From an uncultured Phycisphaeraceae bacterium (GTDB lineage Bacteria > Planctomycetota > Phycisphaerae > Phycisphaerales > UBA1924), in NCBI GenBank assembly GCA_964372195.1, contig CAYJPX010000004.1, positions 14,432-78,431 on the forward strand: DNA of 64,000 nt, read 5' to 3'. The notes under the pieces were generated by a model that was not told the DNA's origin, did not search any database, and saw only the letters and a list, made by a program, of their open reading frames with translations. The position numbers were made by a program, and so were the translations under genes. Of this stretch, positions 1 through 10,912 are shown in pieces; positions within the stretch are counted from its first letter, which is position 1; each line of letters starts with the position of its first letter.

Positions 1-1049
<1,049 letters not shown>

Positions 1050-1188
1050 TCGGCAGTAGGGTAGTGGGGGAGGGCGGTTGTTGCGAGGGCGCGAAGCCCG
1101 GCGCGAATGCAGCAAAACCGCCGCGCTCCACCCCACGGCCGCCTCGGCTGTGCCAGAATGGGTGGTACCACTTTCCCGGAGTGCCAGG

Positions 1189-3790
1189 TATGCCCAAGTT
1201 CCGGTCCGCCGTCCTTGCAGTTGTGCTCGCGACTTCCGCCGGCCCCGTAGCCGCCCAGCCGGTGGTCGGCCCGACGGACGGCGGCGGGACGGTCGTGCCG
1301 ACCTCCCAGTTCATTCACCCCGCCGGTGAGAGCCTCGAGATCGCCTCCCGGCCGGTCGAGATCCGGCTGACGCCCGACGGGCGGCACGCGATCGCCAAGG
1401 ACAGCGGCGGGCTGGTCGTCGTGGATACCGCCCGATGGGAGATCGTCCAGCAGCTCGCGCTCCCCACCGGGGGCGCGTCGATGACCGGGCTGGCGATCTC
1501 GCCCGACGGCAGCCGGGTCGTCGCCACCGACACGGGCAGCCGGCTGCACGAGGCCCGCTTCGGCGGGGACGGCACACTCGCGTGGGTGGGCGAGGTGGTG
1601 CTGCCCGATGCGGGCGTCGGCGGGACGCCCTACCCCTGCGGCGCGGCGTTCCTGCCCGACGGCGAGCGGGTCGTCGTCTGCCTCTCGCGCAGCAACCTGG
1701 TCGCGGTCGTGTCGCTCGACAGCGGCGAGGTGCTACGGCAGGTCGGGGTCGGCGTCGCGCCCTTCGCGGTGGTGGTATCGGCGGACGGCTCGACCGCATG
1801 GGTGACCAACCGCGGCGGGCGGCGGCCACGCGATGGCGACGACACCGCGGACTCCGCCGGCACGCCCACGGTCATCGACCAGCGCGGGATCGCGGCCAGC
1901 GGCACGGTCTCGGTCGTCGACCTGGAGGCCGGGCTCGAGACCGCGCAGATCGAGGTCGGGCTGAGCCCGGGCGGCCTGGCCCTCGGTCCCGACGGCGGGA
2001 CGCTCTTTGTCGCCAACTCCAACTCCGACACGCTCAGCGCCATCGACACCGCCTCGGGCAGCGTCCGGCGCTCGGTCGTGGTCCGGCCCGACGAGTCGCT
2101 TCCGTTCGGAAGCATGCCCAGCGCCGTCGCGGTCTCGCCCGATGGGCGGACGGTCTTTGTCGCGTGCGCGGGCAACAACGCCGTTGCGGTGCTCGACACG
2201 GCCGGCGACATGGCGATCCGGGGCTGGATCCCGACGGGGTGGTACCCCGGCGGCGTGGCGGTCGACGACGGGCGCCTCTTCATCGCCAATATCAAGGGCG
2301 TCGGCTCACGCACGCCCCGGGGCGGCAAGGCCGGCACATTCAACAGCCACGGACACCGGGGCACGCTGCAGCGGGTGGTGCTGCCGGACGCGGGAGAGCT
2401 GGCCCGCCTGACCGCGCGGGTGCTCGAGGACGCCCGTGTGCCGCAGGTGTTGCGGAGCCTCGAACGCGCGACGGCCGACGCGGTCCCCGTGCCCGTGCCC
2501 GCCGAGCTCGGGCAGCCGAGCGTGTTCGAGCATGTCGTCTATGTCATCAAGGAGAACCGTACCTACGACCAGGTCTTCGGCGACATGCCCCAGTCCAACG
2601 CCGACCCCGACCTGTGCATCTACGGCCGGGAGGTCACGCCCAACCAGCACGCGATGGCCGAGCAGTTCGTGCTGCTGGACAACTTCTACTGCAACGGGGT
2701 GCTCTCGGCCGACGGGCACTCGTGGGCGACCGAGGGCAATGTCACGCCCTACCTCGAGCGCAGCTTCGGCGGGTTCGTCCGCAGCTACACCTTCGGCGAC
2801 GACCCGCTGACCTATTCCTCGAGCGGGTTCGTGTGGGACCATGTGCTCGCCGCCGGGCTCAGCTTCCGCAACTACGGCGAGTTTGATTATGCCGGCATCG
2901 AGCCCGGGGGCGACTACTTCGCGGTGCGGGAGGACTGGCTCAACAAGGGCGGCAGGTACGCGTTCACGCAGACCATCGGCGTGGCCAATGTGCTGCGCTA
3001 CACCTGCCCGGACTACCCGGGCTGGAACATGAACATCCCCGATGTGCTCCGGGCCGAGCGGTTCCTCGCCGAGCTGGCCGGGTTCGAGCGTGAGGGCACG
3101 CTGCCGAACTTCGTCCTGATCTATCTGCCCAACGACCACACCTCGGGTTCCGGCCCGGGCAACCCCAGGCCGCGGGCGCTGGTCGCGGACAACGACCTGG
3201 CGCTCGGGCAGATCGTCGAGGGGCTCAGCCGGTCCCGGTTCTGGGCGAAGACCTGCATCTTCGTGATCGAAGACGACCCGCAGGACGGGTTCGACCATGT
3301 CGATGGCCACCGCTCGACCTGCCAGGTGATCAGCCCCTACAGCCGGCGTGGCGCGGTGGTGAGTGCGTTCTACAACCAGACCTCGGTGCTTCACACGATG
3401 GAGCGGATCCTGGGCGTGCCGCCGTACAACCAGCTCTACGCCCTGGCGCCGCTGATGACCGAGTGCTTCGCGGGCGGGGCCGACCTGACGCCGTTCGAGG
3501 CTGTCCCCAACCGGGTCCCGCTCGACGAGGCCAACCCCAGCGCCGAGTTGCTCGAGGGGGACGCCCTGCGGTACGCCCGGCAGAGCGAGGCGGTGGACTG
3601 GTCGAAGTTCGACTCGGCCGACGAGGACACGCTCAACCGCATCCTCTGGCACGCGGCCAAGGGCGTGGACACGCCCTACCCCGCGGCGTTCGCCGGGGCC
3701 CACGGCAAGGGGCTCGAGGCGCTCGGGTTGCGTCTGGCCAAGCCGGGAGAGTGGGCGGGCGAGGGGGTCAAGCTGGACGAGGACGACTAG
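1189..3790 (+). CDS. Secreted beta-propeller repeat protein fused to a phosphoesterase-family domain (phospholipase C / acid phosphatase AcpA-like)
   Basis: Signal peptide MPKFRSAVLAVVLATSAGPVAAQ. The N-terminal half has repeated SPDG/VxN propeller-like units. The C-terminal half carries YVIKENRTYDQVFGD, HSWATEGN, LPNDHTSG and VIEDDPQDGFDHVDGHRS. The start was chosen at the internal ATG at 1189 rather than the track start at 1031. Confidence 0.8.
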
Positions 3791-3807
3791 GCGGGCCGCG
3801 GGGCCGG

Positions 3808-5097
3808 CTAGCAGGCCGCTAAGGAACCGCCCACCCCCCCGCGCGTAGGGTCTCCGGAAGGAGGCCCCGGCCATGCGAGGACGCGTTGAACGGCAGCAGT
3901 CGATGTTCGTGGCGTTCGATCTGGAGCAGCACATCCCAGAGGACCACCCCCTCCGGCCCATCAAGCGGTGGTGCGACGCGCTCTTGGCCGGCATGAGCCG
4001 GGACTTCGACCGGGCCTACGGCCTGTGCGGGCGCAAGGGCATCCCGCCCGAGTCGCTGATCAAGTGCCTGCTGCTCCGCGCCCTATTCGGCATCCCCAGC
4101 GAACGCCGGCTGTGCGAGGCCTGCGAGTTCAACCTGCTCTACCGCTGGTTCATCGACCGCCCGCTGGGCGAGCCGATGTGGACCCCCGAGGCCTTCAGCA
4201 TGAACCGCGACCGCTTCGAGCTGCACGACCTGGTCCGCAAGTTCTTCGACCGGCTGGTGGCCGAGGGGATCCTCGCGGGGCTGATCGGCGACGACCGCTT
4301 CAGCGTCGACGGGACGCTCATCCGCTCGCTGGCCGGGCACAAGAGCGTCAGGCCCATCGACCACGACGACGAGCACGACGGCAACAGCTGGGGGCAGTTC
4401 AAGGGCCAGACGCGCTCCAACGCGACCCACCGCAGCGTGGTGGACCCCGAGGCCAGGCTGATGCGCAAGGGCGGCGAGGCCCACCTGCGGCACTCGATGC
4501 ACCTGCTGACCGACGCGGCGAGCGGGCTGGTGGTGGGGCTGCGGGTGGACACCGCCGACGGGCGTGCCGAGCGACGCAACGCGCTGCTGATGCTCGACCA
4601 TGCGCGCCGGCGGCACGGGCTCAGGCCGCGCGTGGTGGCGGCCGACGCGGGGTACGGGGCCGGGGAGTTCCTGTGCGCGCTGGAGTCGCGTGGGATCACG
4701 CCGCACGCGGCGTTGCCGGGGAGCAAGATCGGCGGCGACAGCGAGCAACACCGCGCGAGGCGGCGGATGCGTCGGCGGACGCGGACCAAGGGCTACCGGG
4801 TGAGCCAGAGGCTGCGTCGGATGATCGAGCCGGTGATCGGCTGGTGCAAGCAGACCGGCGGGCTGGGTCGGACACGGTTCCTCGGGCACGAGCGGATGCA
4901 GAACGACGGCCTGCTCGCGGCGGCGGCGTGGAACCTGATACGGATGACGACGTTGCGGGGCGTCACCTGACGCCCTGGCGAGCGATGACCGGGCCTCAGA
5001 CCGGCCGAGCCCAGTCACACGCCGGAGATCCCCACGACTCAGCCACCCCATCTCCGAGGCAACATCCGGTCAGAACCGTTGCTTAGCGGCCTGCTAG
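3808..5097 (+). mobile_element. IS5-family insertion sequence (complete: inverted repeats plus transposase)
   Basis: The left end CTAGCAGGCCGCTAAGGAACCG (3808-3829) and the right end CCGTTGCTTAGCGGCCTGCTAG (5076-5097) are reverse complements, about 20 of 22 positions. Both ends carry CTAG, consistent with an IS5-type YTAR target duplication. The element encloses one DDE transposase gene. Confidence 0.85.
3873..4970 (+). CDS. IS5-family DDE transposase (DUF772 N-terminal domain plus DDE_Tnp_1)
   Basis: N-terminus MFVAFDLEQHIPEDHPLRPIK...GRKGIPPESLIKCLLLRALFGIPSERRL and LYRWFI. DDE region VDGTLIRS...VAADAGYGAGEF. An AAGGAGG Shine-Dalgarno lies at about 3858-3864. Confidence 0.9.
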   Translation: MRGRVERQQSMFVAFDLEQHIPEDHPLRPIKRWCDALLAGMSRDFDRAYGLCGRKGIPPESLIKCLLLRALFGIPSERRLCEACEFNLLYRWFIDRPLGEPMWTPEAFSMNRDRFELHDLVRKFFDRLVAEGILAGLIGDDRFSVDGTLIRSLAGHKSVRPIDHDDEHDGNSWGQFKGQTRSNATHRSVVDPEARLMRKGGEAHLRHSMHLLTDAASGLVVGLRVDTADGRAERRNALLMLDHARRRHGLRPRVVAADAGYGAGEFLCALESRGITPHAALPGSKIGGDSEQHRARRRMRRRTRTKGYRVSQRLRRMIEPVIGWCKQTGGLGRTRFLGHERMQNDGLLAAAAWNLIRMTTLRGVT

Positions 5098-6227
5098 TGC
5101 CCGCCGACGGGCAGGAAGGGGAGGAGGATCGAGACGGCGATGAGCACGATGATGATGATCTCGAGGACCTCCATCCGGCGTCCGGTCTCGAACTGGCTGA
5201 GTTTCTGGTAGGTGCTCTCCGCGGTCTGGAGCTTGCGGAGGATCGCCGTGTCCCATTCGGCGAGGTGCACGCGGGCGGCGGCGAGGCCGTACACCCGGGC
5301 GAGGTGCTGGTCGCCGACGAGCTTGATGGCGTTGTCGACGCTCTCGAAGAGCATGGCCGCGTCCATCTGGGCCAGGGCGATCTCCCGCAGGCCCGCCGGC
5401 CCCGGCCCGCGAGGCCAGAAGCGACGCTGCGACTGTCGCTGCATGAGCGTGTAGGCGTGTTCGAGCACCCCGTCGAGCACGCTATCGAGCAGGCGCATCT
5501 CGGCGAGTTCCATGTTCACATGTTCGAGGACGGTCAGCACATCGGCGGCGTCGGGGTCGAGCACCACCGCGTTCTCCCAGCTGGCGAGCACCGCGTCGCC
5601 GGGGCCGAAGCTCACGCATTCGGCGAGCGACTCGCGGGTCTGCTGCTCGCTCAGGGGGCCGGTCTCGGCGCGGAGGATCCTTGCGATGCACGGGGCGTGG
5701 GCGGCGAGCAGGCCCTCGGGCGACTGGCCGCTCTCCCAGCTGCCGAGGACGAAGACGGTGTAGTCCTCGACGATCGGCGCGATCTTCGGCCTGTGGATCG
5801 CCGGCGTGAGCGTGGCGCAGAGTTGCTCGACCAGGCGGCGCGAGGCGTCGAGCAGGGCGGGGTTCTCGTAGAGCGCGTCGGCGAGGGTGGGCAGCTCGGC
5901 GAGCGGGGCGTCGAGCGGGATGCGGTAGCGCACGGACACGCCACCAAAGTCGAAGACCGTGCACTCGACCGCGGCCTCGGTGGCGAAACCGCCCAGGTCG
6001 ATGGGGTCGGCGCGGAGGGTGATGCACAGGGGGGCGGGCTCGTAGGCCAGCCACGGCGCGCCGCGCCGCCTCTGCACCGGCAACTGCTGCCGCCGGGTCG
6101 CCTCCCCGACGAAGGTCGATGCGCGGTCGAGGTCGACCGACAGACCGATGTCGTAGGCGAAGCACGCGTGGCATGTCCCGCCCACGCGGGGGGAAGCCGG
6201 GGCACGATCTGGCGGCGGGGCGGACAT
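5094..6227 (-). CDS. DUF155 / RMD1-family protein with a C-terminal transmembrane helix
   Basis: The overall pattern (A..YDIG..VDLD start, long helical C-terminal part, terminal TM helix VLEIIIIVLIAVSILLPFL) resembles the RMD1/YagE DUF155 family. The start was placed at the ATG at 6227 (MSAPPP); 6254 is an alternative. Its TAG stop lies inside the CTAG at the IS5 right end. Confidence 0.65.
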   Translation of the reverse strand: MSAPPPDRAPASPRVGGTCHACFAYDIGLSVDLDRASTFVGEATRRQQLPVQRRRGAPWLAYEPAPLCITLRADPIDLGGFATEAAVECTVFDFGGVSVRYRIPLDAPLAELPTLADALYENPALLDASRRLVEQLCATLTPAIHRPKIAPIVEDYTVFVLGSWESGQSPEGLLAAHAPCIARILRAETGPLSEQQTRESLAECVSFGPGDAVLASWENAVVLDPDAADVLTVLEHVNMELAEMRLLDSVLDGVLEHAYTLMQRQSQRRFWPRGPGPAGLREIALAQMDAAMLFESVDNAIKLVGDQHLARVYGLAAARVHLAEWDTAILRKLQTAESTYQKLSQFETGRRMEVLEIIIIVLIAVSILLPFLPVGGH

Positions 6228-6291
6228 TCGGTACTCCCGTCGGAAGAACCGCATGCAAGGACAACCGCACGAGTATAGTTCGGTTCCCAGG

Positions 6292-7062
6292 ATGGCAATC
6301 GCTATGTCCCCCGACGGCCCGCACCAATTCGATATCTTTGCCCAGCCCAACGACACCACCTGCGGGCCGACCTGCCTGCAGGCGGTCTATCGACACTTCG
6401 GCGACGACATCGGGCTCGACCAGGTCATCGAAGAGACGCGGATGCTCCGGGAGGGCGGCACGCTCTCGTCGCTCCTGGGCATCCACGCCCTCGACCGGGG
6501 GTACAAGGTGGTCATCCACCCCTACAACCTCGATATCTGGGACCCGACCTGGTTTGACCGCAAGGTCGACCTGGCCGCCAAGCTCCGCGCCCAGCTCGAA
6601 CTCGAGTCCGACGACACCTTCCGCTTTGTCAGCAACCGGTACATCGAGTTCCTCGAGCGTGGCGGGTCGATCCAGTTCAAGGAGCTGACCGCCCGGCTGC
6701 TGCGCGGGTACCTCTCCCGCGGCCTGCCGATCCTGACCATGGTCAGCGCGACCTACCTCTACATGGAGTCCCGCGAGATCTGGGCCACTGGCGCGGAGGA
6801 CGATGTCCGCGGCGAGCCGGCGGGCCACTTCATCATCCTCTTCGAGCTCAACGACAACGGCCGGCATGTCTCGATCGCCGACCCCCTCGGCCACGAGCAG
6901 CCGCTGGGCTCGCATGTGTACCATGTCCGCCTGGAGCGGTTGATCGGGGCCATCCTGCTGGGCGTCCTGACCTACGACTCCACGCTGATGGTCCTCGAGC
7001 CCCCCGAGCGCCTCGGCTGGACGGGGGGCAGGAAGGCCATCGGGCCGGAGTCGATTGCCTGA
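6292..7062 (+). CDS. Stand-alone peptidase C39-like (papain-fold) domain protein
   Basis: FAQPNDTTCGPTCLQAVYRHFG (Gln-x5-Cys catalytic arrangement), a later GHFIILFEL (His) and VSIADP (Asp). This is typical of C39-like cysteine peptidase domains. Confidence 0.6.
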   Translation: MAIAMSPDGPHQFDIFAQPNDTTCGPTCLQAVYRHFGDDIGLDQVIEETRMLREGGTLSSLLGIHALDRGYKVVIHPYNLDIWDPTWFDRKVDLAAKLRAQLELESDDTFRFVSNRYIEFLERGGSIQFKELTARLLRGYLSRGLPILTMVSATYLYMESREIWATGAEDDVRGEPAGHFIILFELNDNGRHVSIADPLGHEQPLGSHVYHVRLERLIGAILLGVLTYDSTLMVLEPPERLGWTGGRKAIGPESIA

Positions 7063-7218
7063 CGGGATGGGGGCGGCGGCGCATCGGGGTGGGGGCCCGG
7101 GCGGTTGCCCCCCGGGCGGTCGCGGGTAGTATTTCGCTCGGTCGGCGGCCGTGGGCGGCAGGTCCCGGGTTGCCGACGCCCGACGCAGGGTGCGAGACGG
7201 TTCACGCGGGAGTTCCTC

Positions 7219-8199
7219 ATGATCGAGCTTCGAGACCTCCACAAGAGCTTCGGCCCGGTCGTCGCGGTCGATGGCATCTCCATGTCGGTCGGCCGCGGCG
7301 AGGTGCTCGGCTTCCTCGGGCCCAACGGCGCGGGCAAGAGCACCACCATGAAGATGATCACCGGCTTCCTCACGCCCACCTCGGGCACGGCGGTGGTCGC
7401 CGGGCACGATGTCCGCGAGGACTCGCTGGCGGTGCGGCGGGTGCTGGGGTATCTGCCCGAGGGCGCCCCGGCGTACCCGGACATGACGCCGTCGGGCTTC
7501 CTGCGGTGGGTGGCGGAGATCCGGGGGTTCCGGGGGACCGAGCGGGCGAGGCGTGTCGGCCGGGTCGTCGAGCGGGTGCAGCTCGAGGGCGTGCTGCACC
7601 AGTCGATCGAGACGCTCAGCAAGGGGTTCAAGCGGCGGGTGGGGCTGGCCCAGGCGCTGCTGCACGACCCGGATGTGCTGATCCTCGACGAGCCGACGGA
7701 CGGGCTCGACCCGAATCAGAAGCACGAGGTCCGCGGGCTCATCCGCGACCTGGGCAGCGAGAAGGTGGTGGTGCTCAGCACGCACATCCTGGAGGAGGTC
7801 GAGGCGGTCTGCACGCGGGCGGTGATTATCGCCCGGGGCAAGATCGTCGCCGACAAGACGCCCGCCGAGCTGCAGGGCATGTCGCGCCTGCACAACGCGG
7901 TGCGGCTGCGGATCCCGCGGGGCTCGGGGGCGGTGCTCGAGGCGTTGGGCAGGCTCGCGGGCGTGGGCGCGGTCGAGCGCGAGGCGAGCGACGACGGGCA
8001 CATCGCCTGCACCATCATCCCCAAGCAGGGCGGGGCGATCGTCGGCGAGGTCAGCCGTGTGCTCCAGCAGCAGGGTGTCGAGGTCGACGGCCTGAGCGTC
8101 GAGGCCGGGCGGCTGGACGAGGTATTCCGGACGGTCACGACGGGGCCTGGCTCGGCTGGAGTTGTCTCGGCCGCGGCCTCCAAGGGAGGGGAAGCCTGA
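7219..8199 (+). CDS. ABC transporter ATP-binding protein (GldA-like, ABC-2 type)
   Basis: Walker A GPNGAGKST, signature LSKGFKRRVGLA, Walker B VLILDEPTDGLD. The ATG at 7219 gives MIELRDLHKSFG. Confidence 0.9.
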   Translation: MIELRDLHKSFGPVVAVDGISMSVGRGEVLGFLGPNGAGKSTTMKMITGFLTPTSGTAVVAGHDVREDSLAVRRVLGYLPEGAPAYPDMTPSGFLRWVAEIRGFRGTERARRVGRVVERVQLEGVLHQSIETLSKGFKRRVGLAQALLHDPDVLILDEPTDGLDPNQKHEVRGLIRDLGSEKVVVLSTHILEEVEAVCTRAVIIARGKIVADKTPAELQGMSRLHNAVRLRIPRGSGAVLEALGRLAGVGAVEREASDDGHIACTIIPKQGGAIVGEVSRVLQQQGVEVDGLSVEAGRLDEVFRTVTTGPGSAGVVSAAASKGGEA

Positions 8200-8939
8200 T
8201 GCCCGCCATGTTCTCGATCCTCAAGCGCGAGCTCACCGGCTACTTCGCCACGCCGGTGGCGTATGTGTTCATCGTCATCTTCCTGGTGCTCACCGGCGTG
8301 TTCAGCTTCGCGCAGGAGTTGGGGGGGTTCTTCGAGCGCGGCCAGGCCGACCTCCAGCCGTTCTTCGGGTTCCACCCGTGGCTCTACCTGTTCCTGATCC
8401 CCGCGCTCTCGATGCGGCTGTGGGCCGAGGAGCGCCGTGGCGGGACGATCGAGCTCCTGCTCACACTGCCGGTCCCCACCTGGGCGGCGGTCGTCGGCAA
8501 GTTCCTCGCGGCGTGGGCGTTCGCGGGGATCGCCCTGGCCCTGACCTTCCCGATCTGGATCACCGTCAATATCCTCGGCGAGCCGGACAACGGGGCGATC
8601 GTGACGGCGTACCTGGGCAGCCTGCTCATGGCGGGGGGGTTCCTGGCCGTCGGGTCGTGCATCTCGGCCATGACCAAGAGCCAGGTGATCGCCTTCGTGT
8701 GCACCGCTGTGGCGTGCTTCCTGCTCCTCCTCACGGGCTTCCCGCTGGTGCAGGGTGTCTTCAAGGGCTGGGCGCCGCCCTTTGTCGCTGAGACCGTCGC
8801 GGGGCTGAGCTTCCTGACCCGCTTTGACTCGATCTCCAACGGGGTGGTCGCGCTGCGCGACCTGGTCTACTTCTTCTCGCTGATGGCGGTCGCCCTGGCC
8901 GCCAACGGCATCATCATCGACCTCAAGAAGGCCGGCTGA
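8199..8939 (+). CDS. ABC-2 type transporter permease (GldF-like)
   Basis: The ATG overlaps the upstream TGA (ATGA). MPAMFSILKRELTGYFATPVAYVFIV... with six predicted TM segments. The ERRGGTIELLLTLPV motif is typical of this family. Confidence 0.85.
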   Translation: MPAMFSILKRELTGYFATPVAYVFIVIFLVLTGVFSFAQELGGFFERGQADLQPFFGFHPWLYLFLIPALSMRLWAEERRGGTIELLLTLPVPTWAAVVGKFLAAWAFAGIALALTFPIWITVNILGEPDNGAIVTAYLGSLLMAGGFLAVGSCISAMTKSQVIAFVCTAVACFLLLLTGFPLVQGVFKGWAPPFVAETVAGLSFLTRFDSISNGVVALRDLVYFFSLMAVALAANGIIIDLKKAG

Positions 8940-8951
8940 GGGAGCACCACC

Positions 8952-10865
8952 ATGAACACACGCAACGCCGCCCTCCTGAGCCTGCTGCTGCTCGTCGTGC
9001 TCTTCTTCGCGGTCAACATCGCCGGCGACCGCGCCCTCCGCCGGGCCCGCATCGACCTGACCGAGCACAAGCTCTACACGCTGAGCACGGGCACGCGGAA
9101 CATCCTCCGCGGGGTGGAGGAGCCGATCACCCTCACGCTGTTTTTCTCGGAGGATCTGGCTTCGGGGCAGCCCCAGCTGCAGAACCACGGCAAGCGCGTC
9201 ACCGAGCTGCTCGAGGAGTTCAGCCTGGTCTCGGGCGGCAAGGTCAGGGTCGAGTTCGTCAACCCCGAGCCCTTCAGCGAGGGCGAGGAGCGGGCGCAGC
9301 TCGCGGGCATCCAGGGCCTGAGCGCCGGGCCCGGTGGGCAGTTCTACTTCGGGCTGCTCGGGGTCAACTCGACCGACGGGCGCGAGGTCGTGCCCTTCTT
9401 TGACCCGCGGGAGGAGCGGTTCCTCGAGTACACCCTTGCCAAGCTCGTCTACACCCTCGACCACCCCGAGAAGAAGAAGGTCGGCGTGCTCAGCTCGCTG
9501 CCGATCGACGGCGGCCAGGCGATGATGCCCGGCCAGCAGCCGCCGCGCCCGTGGCAGATCATGACCGAACTGCGGTCGATGTTCGAGGTGGAGTCGATCG
9601 ACCCCGGCGCCGGGGCGATCCCCGAGGGCACCGATGTGCTGCTCATCATCCACCCCAAGATGCTCGGCGAGCCGACGCTGCGGGCGATCGACGCCTTCGT
9701 GATCGGCGGCGGGCGAGCTATCGTCTTCGTCGACCCGGTCTGCGAGGCCGACATCCCGCCGGGGGCCGAGCAGAACCCGATGGCGGCGATGCAGGCGGAT
9801 CGCTCCAGCAACCTCAACACGCTGCTCGAGGCGTGGGGCGCGATGGTCGACCCCGCGCAGGTGGCCGCGGACCGGACGCTGGCGTTGCGGGGCCAGGGCC
9901 GCGACGGGCAGCCGGTGTCGTATGTGCAGTACCTGGGCCCGGGCGCTGCGCAGTGCAACGCCGACGACGCGGTGACCGGCTCGCTGGGGCAGCTGCAGAT
10001 TGGGGTTGCCGGGGCGATCGCCCCGACGCCCGGCGCGACGACCTCGTGCACGCCGCTCCTCCAGACCACCAACGAGTCGATGCTGCTCGCGGCCCAGGCC
10101 GTCTCGTTCTTCGCCGACCCGGCGCAGCTGCTCGCCGACTTTGTGCCCCGGGGTGAGCCCCTCACGCTCGCGGCCCGCATCACCGGGACTGCGACCTCGG
10201 CCTTCCCCGACGCCACCCCCGCGGCCGATGATCCGGCCGGCCCGCCCGCGCCCGACGCGGCGCCGCCCGCCAAGTCCGGCGACATCAACATCATCGTCGT
10301 CGCCGATGTCGACATGCTCAGCGACCCGATGTGGGTCCGCGAGGTCCGCATCGGCGGGGCGGTGCTCGGCTATCAGCAGCTCACCGACAACGGGAGCTTC
10401 CTCATCAACGCCGTCGACAACATGACCGGGTCGAGCGACCTCATCAGCGTCCGCGCCCGGGGCTCGGCGACCCGGCCTTTCACCCTGGTCGACAACATCC
10501 GTCAAAAGGCCGAGGGCAAGTACCTCAAAGAACAGCAAGCCCTCGAAGCCAAGCGCCGCGAGGCCGAGCAGCGCATCGCCGAGCTGCAGCGGGCCCGGCC
10601 CGACCAGGGCGGCATGATCCTCACCCCCGAGCAGCAGGCCGAGATCGAGCGGTTCCGGGAGGAACTCGTCGGCACCAACCGCGACCTGCGGGATGTGCAG
10701 TACAACCTCAACAAGGATGTCGAGCGGCTGGGGCTCAGGCTCAAGGTCATCAATATCGCCGCGACTCCCCTCGCGGTGTTCCTCGCCGCCATCGGGCTGG
10801 CGGGGTTCCGCGCCGCCCGGCGCCGGGCGCACCGGGCCCAGCTCGCGACCGGCCGCACCGGCTGA
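8952..10865 (+). CDS. GldG-like ABC transport auxiliary component
   Basis: N- and C-terminal TM anchors around a large periplasmic domain, and its position directly after the GldA/GldF-like pair. DLTEHKLYTLS and the following repeats are typical of the family. Confidence 0.75.
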   Translation: MNTRNAALLSLLLLVVLFFAVNIAGDRALRRARIDLTEHKLYTLSTGTRNILRGVEEPITLTLFFSEDLASGQPQLQNHGKRVTELLEEFSLVSGGKVRVEFVNPEPFSEGEERAQLAGIQGLSAGPGGQFYFGLLGVNSTDGREVVPFFDPREERFLEYTLAKLVYTLDHPEKKKVGVLSSLPIDGGQAMMPGQQPPRPWQIMTELRSMFEVESIDPGAGAIPEGTDVLLIIHPKMLGEPTLRAIDAFVIGGGRAIVFVDPVCEADIPPGAEQNPMAAMQADRSSNLNTLLEAWGAMVDPAQVAADRTLALRGQGRDGQPVSYVQYLGPGAAQCNADDAVTGSLGQLQIGVAGAIAPTPGATTSCTPLLQTTNESMLLAAQAVSFFADPAQLLADFVPRGEPLTLAARITGTATSAFPDATPAADDPAGPPAPDAAPPAKSGDINIIVVADVDMLSDPMWVREVRIGGAVLGYQQLTDNGSFLINAVDNMTGSSDLISVRARGSATRPFTLVDNIRQKAEGKYLKEQQALEAKRREAEQRIAELQRARPDQGGMILTPEQQAEIERFREELVGTNRDLRDVQYNLNKDVERLGLRLKVINIAATPLAVFLAAIGLAGFRAARRRAHRAQLATGRTG

Positions 10866-10912
10866 CCGCTCTCCACACGACCCCCACTCGACCCGCCACG
10901 AGGTCACGCACG

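Noticed and set aside
3968-5086. Alternative-frame ORFs overlapping the IS5 transposase (3968-5086 +, 4083-5051 -, 4139-4789 -).
   Set aside because: Only the 3873-4970 frame carries the DUF772/DDE motifs and a Shine-Dalgarno. The others are Arg/Pro-rich shadows.
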